64,000 nt of DNA, from the NCBI RefSeq assembly GCF_009914755.1, contig NC_060937.1; one strand, given 5' to 3'. Shown piece by piece: positions 46,008-61,931 of the stretch (position 1 is the first letter of the stretch; every line of letters begins with the position of its first letter). Position numbers and translations under genes: made by a program. The notes below the pieces were generated by a model. It made no database searches. It was given only the letters and a program-made list of their open reading frames with translations, and had not been told where the DNA came from. The DNA comes from the human T2T-CHM13v2.0 reference genome, Homo sapiens.

Positions 46008-46801
46008 TTGTGTACTGTACATAATATATTAAATCGCCCAAATATATATTGTATACTGTATATAAAATATGAAGGTACTTCAAATATATATTATATGCTG
46101 CACATAAAATATCAAAGTACCCAAAGTATGCATTACATACTGTACATAAAATATCAAAGTACACATATTATCTATTATATAATGTACATAAAATATGAAG
46201 GTTCATCAAATATATATTATATTCTGTACATAATATATCAAAGTACATCAAATATATATTATATACTGTACATAAAATATCAAAGTACCAAAAATATGTA
46301 TTATATACTGTACATAAAACATGAAAGTAACCAAACATTTATAATAAACTGTACATAAAATATCAAAGTACTCAATCTACATATTATATACAGTATATAA
46401 AATATCAAAGTACACAAACTGTATATTATATACGGTACATAATATATCAAAGTACCCAGAATATATAGCATACTGTAAATAAAATATCAAAGTACCCAAA
46501 ATATATATTGTATACTGTACATAAAATATGAAGGTACATCAAAGATATATTATATTCTGTACATAAAATATCAAACTACACCAAATATATATTATATGCT
46601 GTACATAATATATTAAAGTTGCCCATATATACATTATATACTGTACATAAAATATGAACGTACATCAAATATATAGTATATGCTGCACATAAAATATCAA
46701 AGTACCCAAAATATATACTATATACTGTACATAAAATATGAAGGTACATCAAATATATATTATATCCTGTACATAAAATATCAAAGTACACCCATTATAT
46801 A
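46008..46801 (+). repeat. Truncated HOR type A (794 bp; ~2219-bp deletion)
   Basis: Marker recurs after 794 bp; junction at ~46690-46712. Confidence 0.82.
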
Positions 46802-49565
46802 TTGTGTACTGCACATAATATATTAAATCGCCCAAATATATATTGTATACTGTATATAAAATATGAAGGTACTTCAAATATATATTATATGCTGCACATA
46901 AAATATCAAAGTACCCAAAGTATGCATTACATACTGTACATAAAATATCAAATTACAAAAATTATATATTATATTCTGTACATAAAATATGTAGGTTCTT
47001 CAAATATATTTTATATTCTGTACATAATATATCAAAGTACATCAAATATATATTATATACGGTACATAAAATATCAAAGTACCCAAAATATGTATTAATT
47101 ACTGTGCATAAAATATGAAAGTAACCAAACATTTATAATAAACTGTACATAAAATATCAAACTACTCAATCTACATATTATATACAGTATATAAAATATC
47201 AAAGTACACAAACTGTATATTATATACTGTACATAATATATCAAAGTACCCAGAATATATAGCATACTGTACATACAATATCAAAGTACCCAGAATGTAT
47301 ATTGTATTCTGTACATAAAATATGAATGTACATCAAAGATATATTATATTCTGTACATAAAATATCAAAGTACACCAAATATATATTATATGCTGTACAT
47401 AATATATTAAAGTTGCCCATGCATACATTTTATACTGTACATAAAATATGAAGGTACATCAAATATATAGTATATGCTGCACATAAAATATCAAAGTACC
47501 CAAAGTATGTATTATATACTGTACATAAAATATCAAAGTACCAAAAGTATATATTACCTACTGTAAATAAAATATGAAGATACCTCAAATATATATTATA
47601 TTCTGTACATGAAATATCAAAGTACACCAAGTATATACTATATACTCTACATAAAATATTAAATTACCCAAAATATGTATTGTATTGTGTACATAAAATA
47701 TGAAAGTAACCAAACATTTATAATAAACTGTACATAAAATGTCAAAGTACTCAAACTTTATATTATATACTGTACATAAAGTATCAAAGTACCCAAACTG
47801 TGTAGTATATACTGTACATAAAATATCAAGGTACCCAAAATGTATATTGTAAACTGTAGATAAAATATCAAAGTACCCAAAATATATATTATATACTGTA
47901 CATAAAATATGAAGGCTCATCCAATATATATTATATTCTGTACATAAAATATCAAAGTACACCAAATGTATATTATATACTGTACATAAAATATAAAACT
48001 ACGCCAAATATATCTTATATACTCTACATAAAATATCAAAGTACCCAAAATATATATTATATACTGTACATAAAATATCAAAGTACCCATAGTATGTATT
48101 ATATCCTGTACATAAAATATGAAGGTACATCAAATATATATTCTATTCTGCACATAAAATATCATATTGCACCAAATATATATTGTATACTGTATATAAA
48201 ATATGAAGGTACTTCAAATATATATTATATGCTGCACATAAAATATCAAAGTACCCAAAGTATGCATTATATACTGTACATAAAATATCAAAGTACCCAA
48301 AGTGTATATTATATACTGTACATAAAATATGAAGGTTCATCAAATATATTTTATATTCTGCACATAATATATCAAAGTACAGCAAATATATATTATATAC
48401 TGTACATAAAATATCAAAGTACCCAAAATATGTATTATATACTGTACATAAAATATGAAAGTAACCAAACATTTATAATAAACTGTACATAAAATATCAA
48501 AGTACTCAAACTACATATTATATACAGTATATAAAATGTCAAAGTACCCAAACTGTATATTATATACTGTACATAATATATCAAAGTACCCAAATATATA
48601 GCATACTGTACATAAAATATCAAAGTACCCAAAGTGTGTATTATACACTGCACATAAAATACGAAGGTACATCAAAGATATATTATATTCTGTACATAAA
48701 ATATCAAAGTACACCAAATATATATTATATGCTGTACAGAATATATTAAAGTCGACCAAATATATATTATATACTGTACATAAAATATGAAGGTACATCA
48801 AATATATATTATATACTGCACATAAAATATCAAAGTACCCAAAGTATGTATTATATACTGTACATAAAATATCAAAGTACCCAAAGTATATATTATATAC
48901 TGTACATAAAATATAAAATACCCCAAATATATATTATATCCTGTACATAAAATATCAAAGTACCCAAAATATATATTGTAAACTGTACATAAAATATCAA
49001 AGTAGCCAAAATATATATTGTATACTGTCCATAAAATATAAAAGTACCCCAAATATGTATTATATACTGTACATAAAATATCAAAGTACCGATAATACAT
49101 ATTATATACTGTACATAAAATATCAAAGGACCCAAAATAAACATTATATACTGTACATAAAATATCCAAATACTCAAAATATATATTACATACTGTACAT
49201 AAAATATCAAAGTACCCAAATTATGTATTATATACTGTACGTAAAATATCAGAGTACCCAAAATATGCATTATATACTGTACATAAAATATGAAAGTAAC
49301 AAAACATTTATAATAAACTGTACATAAAATATCAAAGTACTCAAACTATATATCATATACTGTACATAAAATATCAAAGTACCCAAACTGTGTATTATTA
49401 TATACTGTATATAAAATATCAAAGTACCTGAAATATATATTGTATACTGTACATAAAATATCAAAGTACCCAAAATATATACTATATACTGTACATAAAA
49501 TATGAAGGTACATCAAATATATATTATATCCTGTACATAAAATATCAAAGTACACCTATTATATA
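46802..49565 (+). repeat. Divergent HOR type B with 543-bp deletion (2764 bp)
   Basis: 2764 = 3307-543; junction at ~48930-48970; several private variants. Confidence 0.8.
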
Positions 49566-52500
49566 TTGTGTACTGTACATAATATATTAAATCGCCCAAA
49601 TATATATTGTATACTGTATATAAAATATGAAGGTACTTCAAATATATATTATATGCTGCACATAAAATATCAAAGTACCCAAGGTATGCATTACATACTG
49701 TACATAAAATATCAAAGTACACATATTATATATTATATAATATACATAAAATATGAAGGTTCATCAAATATATATTATATTCTGTACATAATATATCAAA
49801 GTACATCAAATATATATTATATACTGTACATAAAATATCAAAGTACCAAAAATATGTATTATATACTGTACATAAAATATGAAAGTAACCAAACATTTAT
49901 AATAAACTGTACATAAAATATCAAAGTACTCAGTCTACATATTATATACAGTATATAAAATATCAAAGTACACACACTGTATATTATATACTGTACATAA
50001 TATATCAAAATACCCAGAATATATAGCATACTGTACATAAAATATCAAAGTACCCAAAATATATATTGTATACTGTACATAAAATATGAAGGTACATCAA
50101 AGATATATTATATTCTGTACATAAAATATCAAACTACACCAAATATATATTATATGCTGTACATAATATATTAAAGTTGCCCATATATACATTATATACT
50201 GTACATAAAATATGAACGTACATCAAATATATAGTATATGCTGCACATAAAATATCAAAGTACCCAAAGTATGTATTATACACTGTACATAAAATATCAA
50301 AGTACCAAAAGTATATATTACATACTGTAAATAAAATATGAAGGTACCTCAAATATATATTATATTCTGTACATAAAATATCAAAGTACACCAAGTATAT
50401 ACTATATACTCTGCATAAAATATTAAATTACCCAAAATATGTATTGCATTGTGTACATAAAATATGAAAGTAACCAAACATTTATAATAAACTGTACATA
50501 AAATTTCAAAGTACTCAAACTGTATATTATATACTGTACATAAAGTATCAAAGTACCCAAACTGTGTAGTATATACTGTACATAAAATATCAAGGTACCC
50601 AAAATATATATTGTAAACTGTAGATAAAATATCAAAGTACCCAAAATATATATTATATACTGTACATAAAATATGAAGGCACATCCAATATATACTATAT
50701 TCTGTACATAAAATATCAAAGTACACCAAATGTATATTATATACTGTACAAAAAATATCAAAGTACCCAAAGTGTATATTATATACTGTACATAAAATAT
50801 GAAGGTTCATCAAATATATTTTATATTCTGCACATAATATATCAAAGTACAGCAAATATATATTATATACTGTACATAAAATATCAAAGTACCCAAAATA
50901 TGTATTATATACTGTACATAAAATATGAAAGTAACCAAACATTTATAATAAACTGTACATAAAGTATCAAAGTACTCAAACTACATATTATATACAGTAT
51001 ATAAAATGTCAAAGTACCCAAACTGTATATTATATACTGTACATAATATATCAAAGTACCCGAATATATAGCATACTGTACATAAAATATCAAGGTACCC
51101 AAAGTGTGTATTATACACTGCACATAAAATATGAAGGTACATAAAATATATATTGTATTCTGTACATAAAATATCAAAGTACTCCAAATATATATTATAT
51201 GCTGTACATAATATATTATAGTCGCCCAAATATATATTATATACTGTACATAAAATATGAAGGTACATCAAATATATATTATATGCTGCACATAAAATAT
51301 CAAAGTACCCAAAGTATGTGTTATATACTGTACATAAAATATCAAAGTACCCAATGTATATATTATATACTGTACATAAAATATAAAATACCCCAAATAT
51401 ATATTATATGCTATACATAAAATATCAAAGTACACAAAATATGTATTATATACTGTACATAAAATACCAAAGGACCCAAAATATATATTATATACTGTAC
51501 ATAAAATATCAAAATACCCAAAATATATATTATATACTGTACATAAAATACCAAAGTACCCAAAGTATATATTATATACCGTACAAAAAATATCAAAGTA
51601 GCCAAAATATGTATTATACACTGTACATAATATATGAAAGTACCCAAACATTTATAATAAACTGTACATAAAATATCAATGTACTCAAACTATATAGTAT
51701 CTGCGGTACATAAGATATCAAAGTACCCATACTATATAGTATATACTGTACTTAAAATATCAAAATACCCAAAATATATATTATATACGTTACATAAACT
51801 ATCAAATACACAAAGTATGTATTATATACTGTACATAAAATAGAAAAGTTCCCAAAATATGTATTATATATATTATAAATATGTACATAAAATATGAAAG
51901 TACCCAACCATTTATAATAAACTCTACATAAAACACCAAAGTACCCAAACTGTGTATTATATACTGTCCATAAAATATCAAAGTACCCAAAATATATATT
52001 GTAAACTCTACATAAAATATCAAAGTAGCCAAAATACATATTGTATACTGTACATAAAATATAAAAGTACCCCAAATATATATTATATACTGTACATAAA
52101 ATATCAAAGTACCCATAATACATATTATATACTGTACATAAAATATCAAAGGACCCAAAATAAACATTATATACTGTACATAAAATATCCAAATACTCAA
52201 AATATATATTACATACTGTACATAAAATATCAAAGTACCCAAATTATGTATTATATACTGTACGTAAAATATCAGAGTACCCAAAATATGCATTATATAC
52301 TGTACATAAAATATGAAAGTAACAAAACATTTATAATAAACTGTACATAAAATATCAAAGTACTCAAACTATATATCATATACTGTACATAAAATATCAA
52401 AGTACCCAAACTGTGTATTATTATATACTGTATATAAAATATCAAAGTACCTGAAATATATATTGTATACTGTACATAAAATATCAAAGTACCCAAAATA

Positions 52501-55500
52501 TATACTATATACTGTACATAAAATATGAAGGTACATCAAATATATATTATATCCTGTACATAAAATATCAAAGTACACCTATTATATATTGTGTACTGTA
52601 CATAATATATTAAATCGCCCAAATATATATTGTATAGTGTATATAAAATATGAAGGTACTTCAAATATATATTATATGCTGCACATAAAATATCAAAGTA
52701 CCCAAAGTATGCATTACATACTGTACATAAAATATCAAAGTACACATATTATCTATTATATAATGTACAGAAAATATGAAGGTTCATCAAATATATATTA
52801 TATTCTGTACATAATATATCAAAGTACATCAAATATATATTATATACTGTACATAAAATATCAAAGTACCAAAAATATGTATTATATACTGTACATAAAA
52901 TATGAAAGTAACCAAACATTTATAATAAACTGTACATAAAATATCAAAGTACTCAGTCTACATATTATATACAGTATATAAAATATCAAAGTACACACAC
53001 TGTATATTATATACTGTACATAATATATCAAAATACCCAGAATATATAGCATACTGTACATACAATATCAAAGTACCCAAAATATATATTGTATACTGTA
53101 CATAAAATATGAAGGTACATCAAAGATATATTATATTCTGTACATAAAATATCAAACTACACCAAATATATATTATATGCTGTACATAATATATTAAAGT
53201 TGCCCATATATACATTATATACTGTACATAAAATATGAACGTACATCAAATATATAGTATATGCTGCACATAAAATATCAAAGTACCCAAAGTATGTATT
53301 ATACACTGTACATAAAATATCAAAGTACCAAAAGTATATATTACATACTGTAAATAAAATATGAACGTACCTCAAATATATATTATATTCTGTACATAAA
53401 ACATCAAAGTACACCAAGTATATACTATATACTCTGCATAAAATATTAAATTACCCAAAATATGTATTGCATTGTGTACATAAAATATGAAAGTAACCAA
53501 ACATTTATAATAAACTGTACATAAAATTTCAAAGTACTCAAACTGTATATTATATACTGTACATAAAGTATCAAAGTACCCAAACTGTGTAGTATATACT
53601 GTACATAAAATATCAAGGTACCCAAAATATATATTGTAAACTGTAGATAAAATATCAAAGTACCCAAAATATATATTATATACTGTACATAAAATACGAA
53701 GGCACATCCAATATATACTATATTCTGTACATAAAATATCAAAGTACACCAAATGTATATTATATACTGTACAAAAAATATCAAAGTACCCAAAGTGTAT
53801 ATTATATACTGTACATAAAATATGAAGGTTCATCAAATATATTTTATATTCTGCACATAATATATCAAAGTACAGCAAATATATATTATATACTGTACAT
53901 AAAATATCAAAGTACCCAAAATATGTATTATATACTGTACATAAAATATGAAAGTAACCAAACATTTATAATAAACTGTACATAAAGTATCAAAGTACTC
54001 AAACTACATATTATATACAGTATATAAAATGTCAAAGTACCCAAACTGTATATTATATACTGTACATAATATATCAAAGTACCCGAATATATAGCATACT
54101 GTACATAAAATATCAAGGTACCCAAAGTGTGTATTATACACTGCACATAAAATATGAAGGTACATAAAATATATATTGTATTCTGTACATAAAATATCAA
54201 AGTACTCCAAATATATATTATATGCTGTACATAATATATTATAGTCGCCCAAATATATATTATATACTGTACATAAAATATGAAGGTACATCAAATATAT
54301 ATTATATGCTGCACATAAAATATCAAAGTACCCAAAGTATGTGTTATATACTGTACATAAAATATCAAAGTACCCAATGTATATATTATATACTGTACAT
54401 AAAATATAAAATACCCCAAATATATATTATATGCTATACATAAAATATCAAAGTACACAAAATATGTATTATATACTGTACATAAAATACCAAAGGACCC
54501 AAAATATATATTATATACTGTACATAAAATATCAAAATACCCAAAATATATATTATATACTGTACATAAAATACCAAAGTACCCAAAGTATATATTATAT
54601 ACCGTACAAAAAATATCAAAGTAGCCAAAATATGTATTATACACTGTACATAATATATGAAAGTACCCAAACATTTATAATAAACTGTACATAAAATATC
54701 AATGTACTCAAACTATATAGTATCTGCGGTACATAAGATATCAAAGTACCCATACTATATAGTATATACTGTACTTAAAATATCAAAATACCCAAAATAT
54801 ATATTATATACGTTACATAAACTATCAAATACACAAAGTATGTATTATATATTGTACATAAAATAGAAAAGTTCCCAAAATATGTATTATATATATTATA
54901 AATATGTACATAAAATATGAAAGTACCCAACCATTTATAATAAACTCTACATAAAACACCAAAGTACCCAAACTGTGTATTATATACTGTCCATAAAATA
55001 TCAAAGTACCCAAAATATATATTGTAAACTCTACATAAAATATCAAAGTAGCCAAAATACATATTGTATACTGTACATAAAATATAAAAGTACCCCAAAT
55101 ATATATTATATACTGTACATAAAATATCAAAGTACCCATAATACATATTATATACTGTACATAAAATATCAAAGGACCCAAAATAAACATTATATACTGT
55201 ACATAAAATATCCAAATACTCAAAATATATATTACATACTGTACATAAAATATCAAAGTACCCAAATTATGTACTATATACTGTATGTAAAATATCAGAG
55301 TACCCAAAATATGCATTATATACTGTACATAAAATATGAAAGTAACAAAACATTTATAATAAACTGTACATAAAATATCAAAGTACTCAAACTATATATC
55401 ATATACTGTACATAAAATATCAAAGTACCCAAACTGTGTATTATTATATACTGTATATAAAATATCAAAGTACCTGAAATATATATTGTATACTGTACAT

Positions 55501-55611
55501 AAAATATCAAAGTACCCAAAATATATACTATATACTGTACATAAAATATGAAGGTACATCAAATATATATTATATCCTGTACATAAAATAACAAAGTACA
55601 CCTATTATATA
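49566..55611 (+). repeat. Two tandem HOR type A' units (2 x 3023 bp)
   Basis: Markers at 49566, 52589 and 55612; +10 insertions at ~51871 and ~54894. Confidence 0.9.
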
Positions 55612-58600
55612 TTGTGTACTGTACATAATATATTAAATCGCCCAAATATATATTGTATACTGTATATAAAATATGAAGGTACTTCAAATATATATTATAT
55701 GCTGCACATAAAATATCAAAGTACCCAAGGTATGCATTACATACTGTACATAAAATATCAAAGTACACAAATTATATATTATATACTGTACATAAAATAT
55801 GTAGGTTCATCAAATATATTTTATATTCTGTACATAATATATCAAAGTACATCAAATATATATTATATACGGTACATAAAATATCAAATTACCCAAAATA
55901 TATATTATTTACTGTACATAAAATATGAAAGTAACCAAACATTTATAATAAACTGTACATAAATTATCAAAGTACTCAATCTACATATTATATACAGTAT
56001 ATAAAATATCAAAGTACACAAACTGTATATTATATACTGTACATAATATGTCAAAGTACCCAGAATATATAGCATACTGTACATACAATATCAAAGTACC
56101 CAAAATATATATTGTATACTGTACATAAAATATGAAGGTACATCAAAGATATATTATATTCTGTACATAAAATATCAAAGTACACCAAATATATATTATA
56201 TGCTGTACATAATATATTAAAGTTGCCCATGTATACATTTTATACTGTACATAAAATATGAAGGTACATCAAATATATAGTATATGCTGCACATAAAATA
56301 TCAAAGTACCCAAAGTATGTATTATATACTGTACATAAAATATCAAAGTACCAAAAGTATATATTACCTACTGTAAATAAAATGTGAAGATACCTCAAAT
56401 ATATATTATATTCTGTACATGAAATATCAAAGTACACCAAGTATATACTATATAGTCTACATAAAATATTAAATTACCCAAAATATGTATTGTATTGTGT
56501 ACATAAAATATGAAAATAACCAAACATTTATAATAAACTGTACATAAAATATCAAAGTACTCAAACTTTATATTATATACTGTACATAAAGTATCAAAGT
56601 ACCCAAACTGTGTAGTATATACTGTACATAAAATATCAAGGTACCCAAAATGTATATTGTAAACTGTAGATAAAATATCAAAGTACCCAAAATATATATT
56701 ATATACTGTACATAAAATATGAAGGCACATCCAATATATATTATATTCTGTACATAAAATATCAAAGTACACCAAATGTATATTATATACTGTACATAAA
56801 ATATAAAACTACCCCAAATATATATTATATACTCTACATAAAATATCAAAGTACCCAAAATATATATTATATACTGTACATAATATATCAAAGTACCCAT
56901 AGTATGTATTATATCCTGTACATAAAATATGAAAGTACGTCAAATATATATTCTATTCTGCACATAAAATATCATATTGCACCAAATATATATTGTATAC
57001 TGTATATAAAATATGAAGGTACTTCAAATATATATTATATGCTGCACATAAAATATCAAAGTACCCAAAGTATGCATTATATACTGTACATAAAATATCA
57101 AAGTACCCAAAGTGTATATTATATACTGTACATAAAATATGAAGGTTCATCAAATATATTTTATATTCTGCACATAATATATCAAAGTACAGCAAATATA
57201 TATTATATACTGTACATAAAATAACAAAGTAACAAAAATATGTATTATATACTGTACATAAAATATGAAAGTAACCAAATATTTATAATAAACTGTATAT
57301 AAAATATCAAAGTACTCAAACTACATATTATATACAGTATATAAAATATCAAAGTACCCAAACTATATATTATATACTGTACATACTATATCAAAGTACC
57401 CGAATATAGAGCATACTGTACATAAAATATCAAATTACCCAAAATATATATTGTATACTGTACATAAAATATGAAGGTACATCAAAGATATATTATATTC
57501 TGTACATAAAATATCAAAGTACACCAAATATATATTATATGCTGTACAGAATATATTAAAGTCGACCAAATGTATACTATATACTGTACATAAAATATGA
57601 AGGTACATCAAATATATATTATATGCTGCACATAAAATATCAAAGTACCCAAAGTATGTGTTATATACTGTACATAAAATATCAAAGTACCCAAAGTATA
57701 TATTATATACTGTACATAAAATATAAAATACCCCAAATATATATTATATGCTGTACATAAAATATCAAAGTACACAAAATATGCATTATGTACTGTACAT
57801 AAATTATCAAAGGACCCAAAATATATATTATATAGTGTACATAAAATATCAAAATACCCAAAATATATATTATATACTGTACATAAAATACCAAAGTACC
57901 CAAAGTATATATTATATACTGTATAAAAAATATCAAAGTAGCCAAAATATGTATTATACACTGTACATAATATATGAAAGTACCCAAACATTTATAATAA
58001 ACTGTACATAAAATATCAATGTACTCAAATTATATATTATGTGCGGTACATAAGATATCAAAGTACCCATACTATATAGTATGTACTGTACTTAAAATAT
58101 CAAAATACCCAAAATATATATTATATACGTTACATAAACTATCAAATACACAAAGTATGTATTACATACTGTACATAAAATAGCAAAGTTCCCAAAATAT
58201 GTATTATATACTGTACATAAAATATGAAAGTAACCAACCATTTATAATAAACTCTACATAAAATACCAAAGTACCCAAACTGTGTATTATATACTCTCCA
58301 TAAAATATCAAAGTACCCAAAATATATATTGTCAACTGTACATAAAATATCAAAGTAGCCAAAATATATATAGTATACCATACATAAAATATAAAAGTAC
58401 CCCAAATATGTATTATATACTGTACATAAAATATCAAAGTACCGATAATACATATTATATAGTGTACATAAAATATCAGAGGACCCAAAATAAACATTAT
58501 ATACTGTACATAAAATATCCAAATACTCAAAATATATATTACATACTGTACATAAAATATCAAAGTACCCAAATTATGTATTATATACTGTACATAAAAT

Positions 58601-58918
58601 ATCAGAGTACCCAAAATATGCATTATATACTGTACATAAAATATGAAAGTAACAAAACATTTATAATAAACTGTACATAAAATATCAAAGTACTCAAACT
58701 ATATATCATATACTGTACATAAAATATCAAAGTACCCAAACTGTGTATTATTACATACTGTATATAAAATATCAAAGTACCTGAAATATATACTGTATAC
58801 TGTACATAAAATATCAAAGTACCCAAAATATATACTATATACTGTACATAAAATATGAAGGTACATCAAATATATATTATATCCTGTACATAAAATATCA
58901 AAGTACACCTATTATATA
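55612..58918 (+). repeat. HOR type B (3307 bp)
   Basis: Marker spacing 3307; SalI site at 57561. Confidence 0.9.
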
Positions 58919-61900
58919 TTGTGTACTGTACATAATATATTAAATCGCCCAAATATATATTGTATACTGTATATAAAATATGAAGGTACTTCAAATATAT
59001 ATTATATGCTGCACATAAAATATCAAAGTACCCAAAGTATGCATTACATACTGTACATAAAATATCAAAGTACACATATTATCTATTATATAATGTACAT
59101 AAAATATGAAGGTTCATCAAATATATATTATATTCTGTACATAATATATCAAAGTACATCAAATATATATTATATACTGTACATAAAATATCAAAGTACC
59201 AAAAATATGTATTATATACTGTACATAAAACATGAAAGTAACCAAACATTTATAATAAACTGTACTTAAAATATCAAAGTACTCAATCTACATATTATAT
59301 ACAGTATATAAAATATCAAAGTACACAAACTGTATATTATATACTGTACATAATATATCAAAGTACCCAGAATATATAGCATACTGTACTTAAAATATCA
59401 AAGTACCCAAAATATATATTGTATACTGTACATAAAATATGAAGGTACATCAAAGATATATTATATTCTGTACATAAAATATCAAAGTACACCAAATATA
59501 TATTATATGCTGTACATAATATATTAAAGTTGCCCATATATACATTATATACTGTACATAAAATATGAACGTACATCAAATATATAGTATATGCTGCACA
59601 TAAAATATCAAAGTACCCAAAGTATGTATTATACACTGTACATAAAATATCAAAGTACCAAAAGTATATATTACATACTGTAAATAAAATATGAAGGTAC
59701 CTCAAATATATATTATATTCTGTACATAAAATATCAAAGTACACCAAGTATATACTATATACTCTGCATAAAATATTAAATTACCCAAAATATGTATTGC
59801 ATTGTGTACATAAAATATGAAAGTAACCAAACATTTATAATAAACTGTACATAAAATATCAAAGTACTCAAACTGTATATTATATACTGTACATAAAGTA
59901 TCAAAGTACCCAAACTGTGTAGTATATACTGTACATAAAATATCAAGGTACCCAAAATATATATTGTAAACTGTAGATAAAATATCAAAGTACCCAAAAT
60001 ATATATTATATACTGTACATAAAATATGAAGGCACATCCAATATATATTATATTCTGTACATAAAATATCAAAGTACACCAAATGTATATTATATACTGT
60101 ACATAAAATATCAAAGTACCCAAAGTGTATATTATATACTGTACATAAAATATGAAGATTCATCAAATATATTTTATATTCTGCACATAATATATCAAAG
60201 TACAGCAAATATATATTATATACTGTACATAAAATATCAAAGTACCCAAAATATGTATTATATACTGTACATAAAATATGAAAGTAACCAAACATTTATA
60301 ATAAACTGTACATAAAGTATCAAAGTACTCAAACTACATATTATATACAGTATATAAAATGTCAAAGTACCCAAACTGTATATTATATACTGTACATAAT
60401 ATATCAAAGTACCTGAATATATAGCATACTGTACATAAAATATCAAAGTACCCAAAGTGTGTATTATACACTGCACATAAAATATGAAGGTACATAAAAT
60501 ATATATTGTATTCTGTACATAAAATATCAAAGTACTCCAAATATATATTATATGCTGTACATAATATATTAAAGTCGCCCAAATATATATTATATACTGT
60601 ACATAAAATATGAAGGTACATCAAATATATATTATATGCTGCACATAAAATATCAAAGTACCCAAAGTATGTGTTATATACTGTACATAAAATATCAAAG
60701 TACCCAAAGTATATATTATATACTGTACATAAAATATAAAATACCCCAAATATATATTATATGCTGTACATAAAATATCAAAGTACACAAAATATGTATT
60801 ATATACTGTACATAAAATACCAAAGGACCCAAAATATATATTATATACTGTACATAAAATATCAAAATACCCAAAATATATATTATATACTGTACATAAA
60901 ATACCAAAGTACCCAAAGTATATATTATATACCGTACAAAAAATATCAAAGTAGCCAAAATATGTATTATACACTGTACATAATATATGAAAGTACCCAA
61001 ACATTTATAATAAACTGTACATAAAATATCAATGTACTCAAACTATATATTATGTGCGGTACATAAGATATCAAATTACCCATACTATATAGTATATACT
61101 GCACTTAAAATATCAAAATACCCAAAATATATATTATATACGTTACATAAACTATCAAATACACAAAGTATGTATTATATACTGTACATAAAATAGCAAA
61201 GTTCCCAAAATATGTATTATATACTGTACATAAAATATGAAAGTACCCAACCATTTATAATAAACTCTACATAAAATACCAAAGTACCCAAACTGTGTAT
61301 TATATACTGTCCATAAAATATCAAAGGACCCAAAATATATATTGTAAACTGTACATAAAATATCAAAGTAGCCAAAATACATATTGTATACTGTACATAA
61401 AATATGAAAGTACCCCAAATATGTATTATATACTGTACATAAAATATCAAAGTACCCATAATACATATTATATACTGTACATAAAATATCAAAGGACCCA
61501 AAATAAACATTATATACTGTACATAAAATATCCAAATACTCAAAATATATATTACGTACTGTACATAAAATATCAAAGTACCCAAATTATGTATTATATA
61601 CTGTACGTAAAATATCAGAGTACCCAAAATATGCATTATATACTGTACATAAAATATGAAAGTAACAATACATTTATAATAAACTGTACATAAAATATCA
61701 AAGTACTCAAACTATATATCATATACTGTACATAAAATATCAAAGTACCCAAACTGTGTATTATTATATACTGTATATAAAATATCAAAGTACCTGAAAT
61801 ATATACTGTATACTCTACATAAAATATCAAAGTACCCAAAATATATACTATATACTGTACATAAAATATGAAGGTACATCAAATATATATTATATCCTGT

Positions 61901-61931
61901 ACATAAAATATCAAAGTACACCTATTATATA
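58919..61931 (+). repeat. HOR type A (3013 bp)
   Basis: ORF track repeats 39563-42575 at offset 19,356. Confidence 0.9.
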
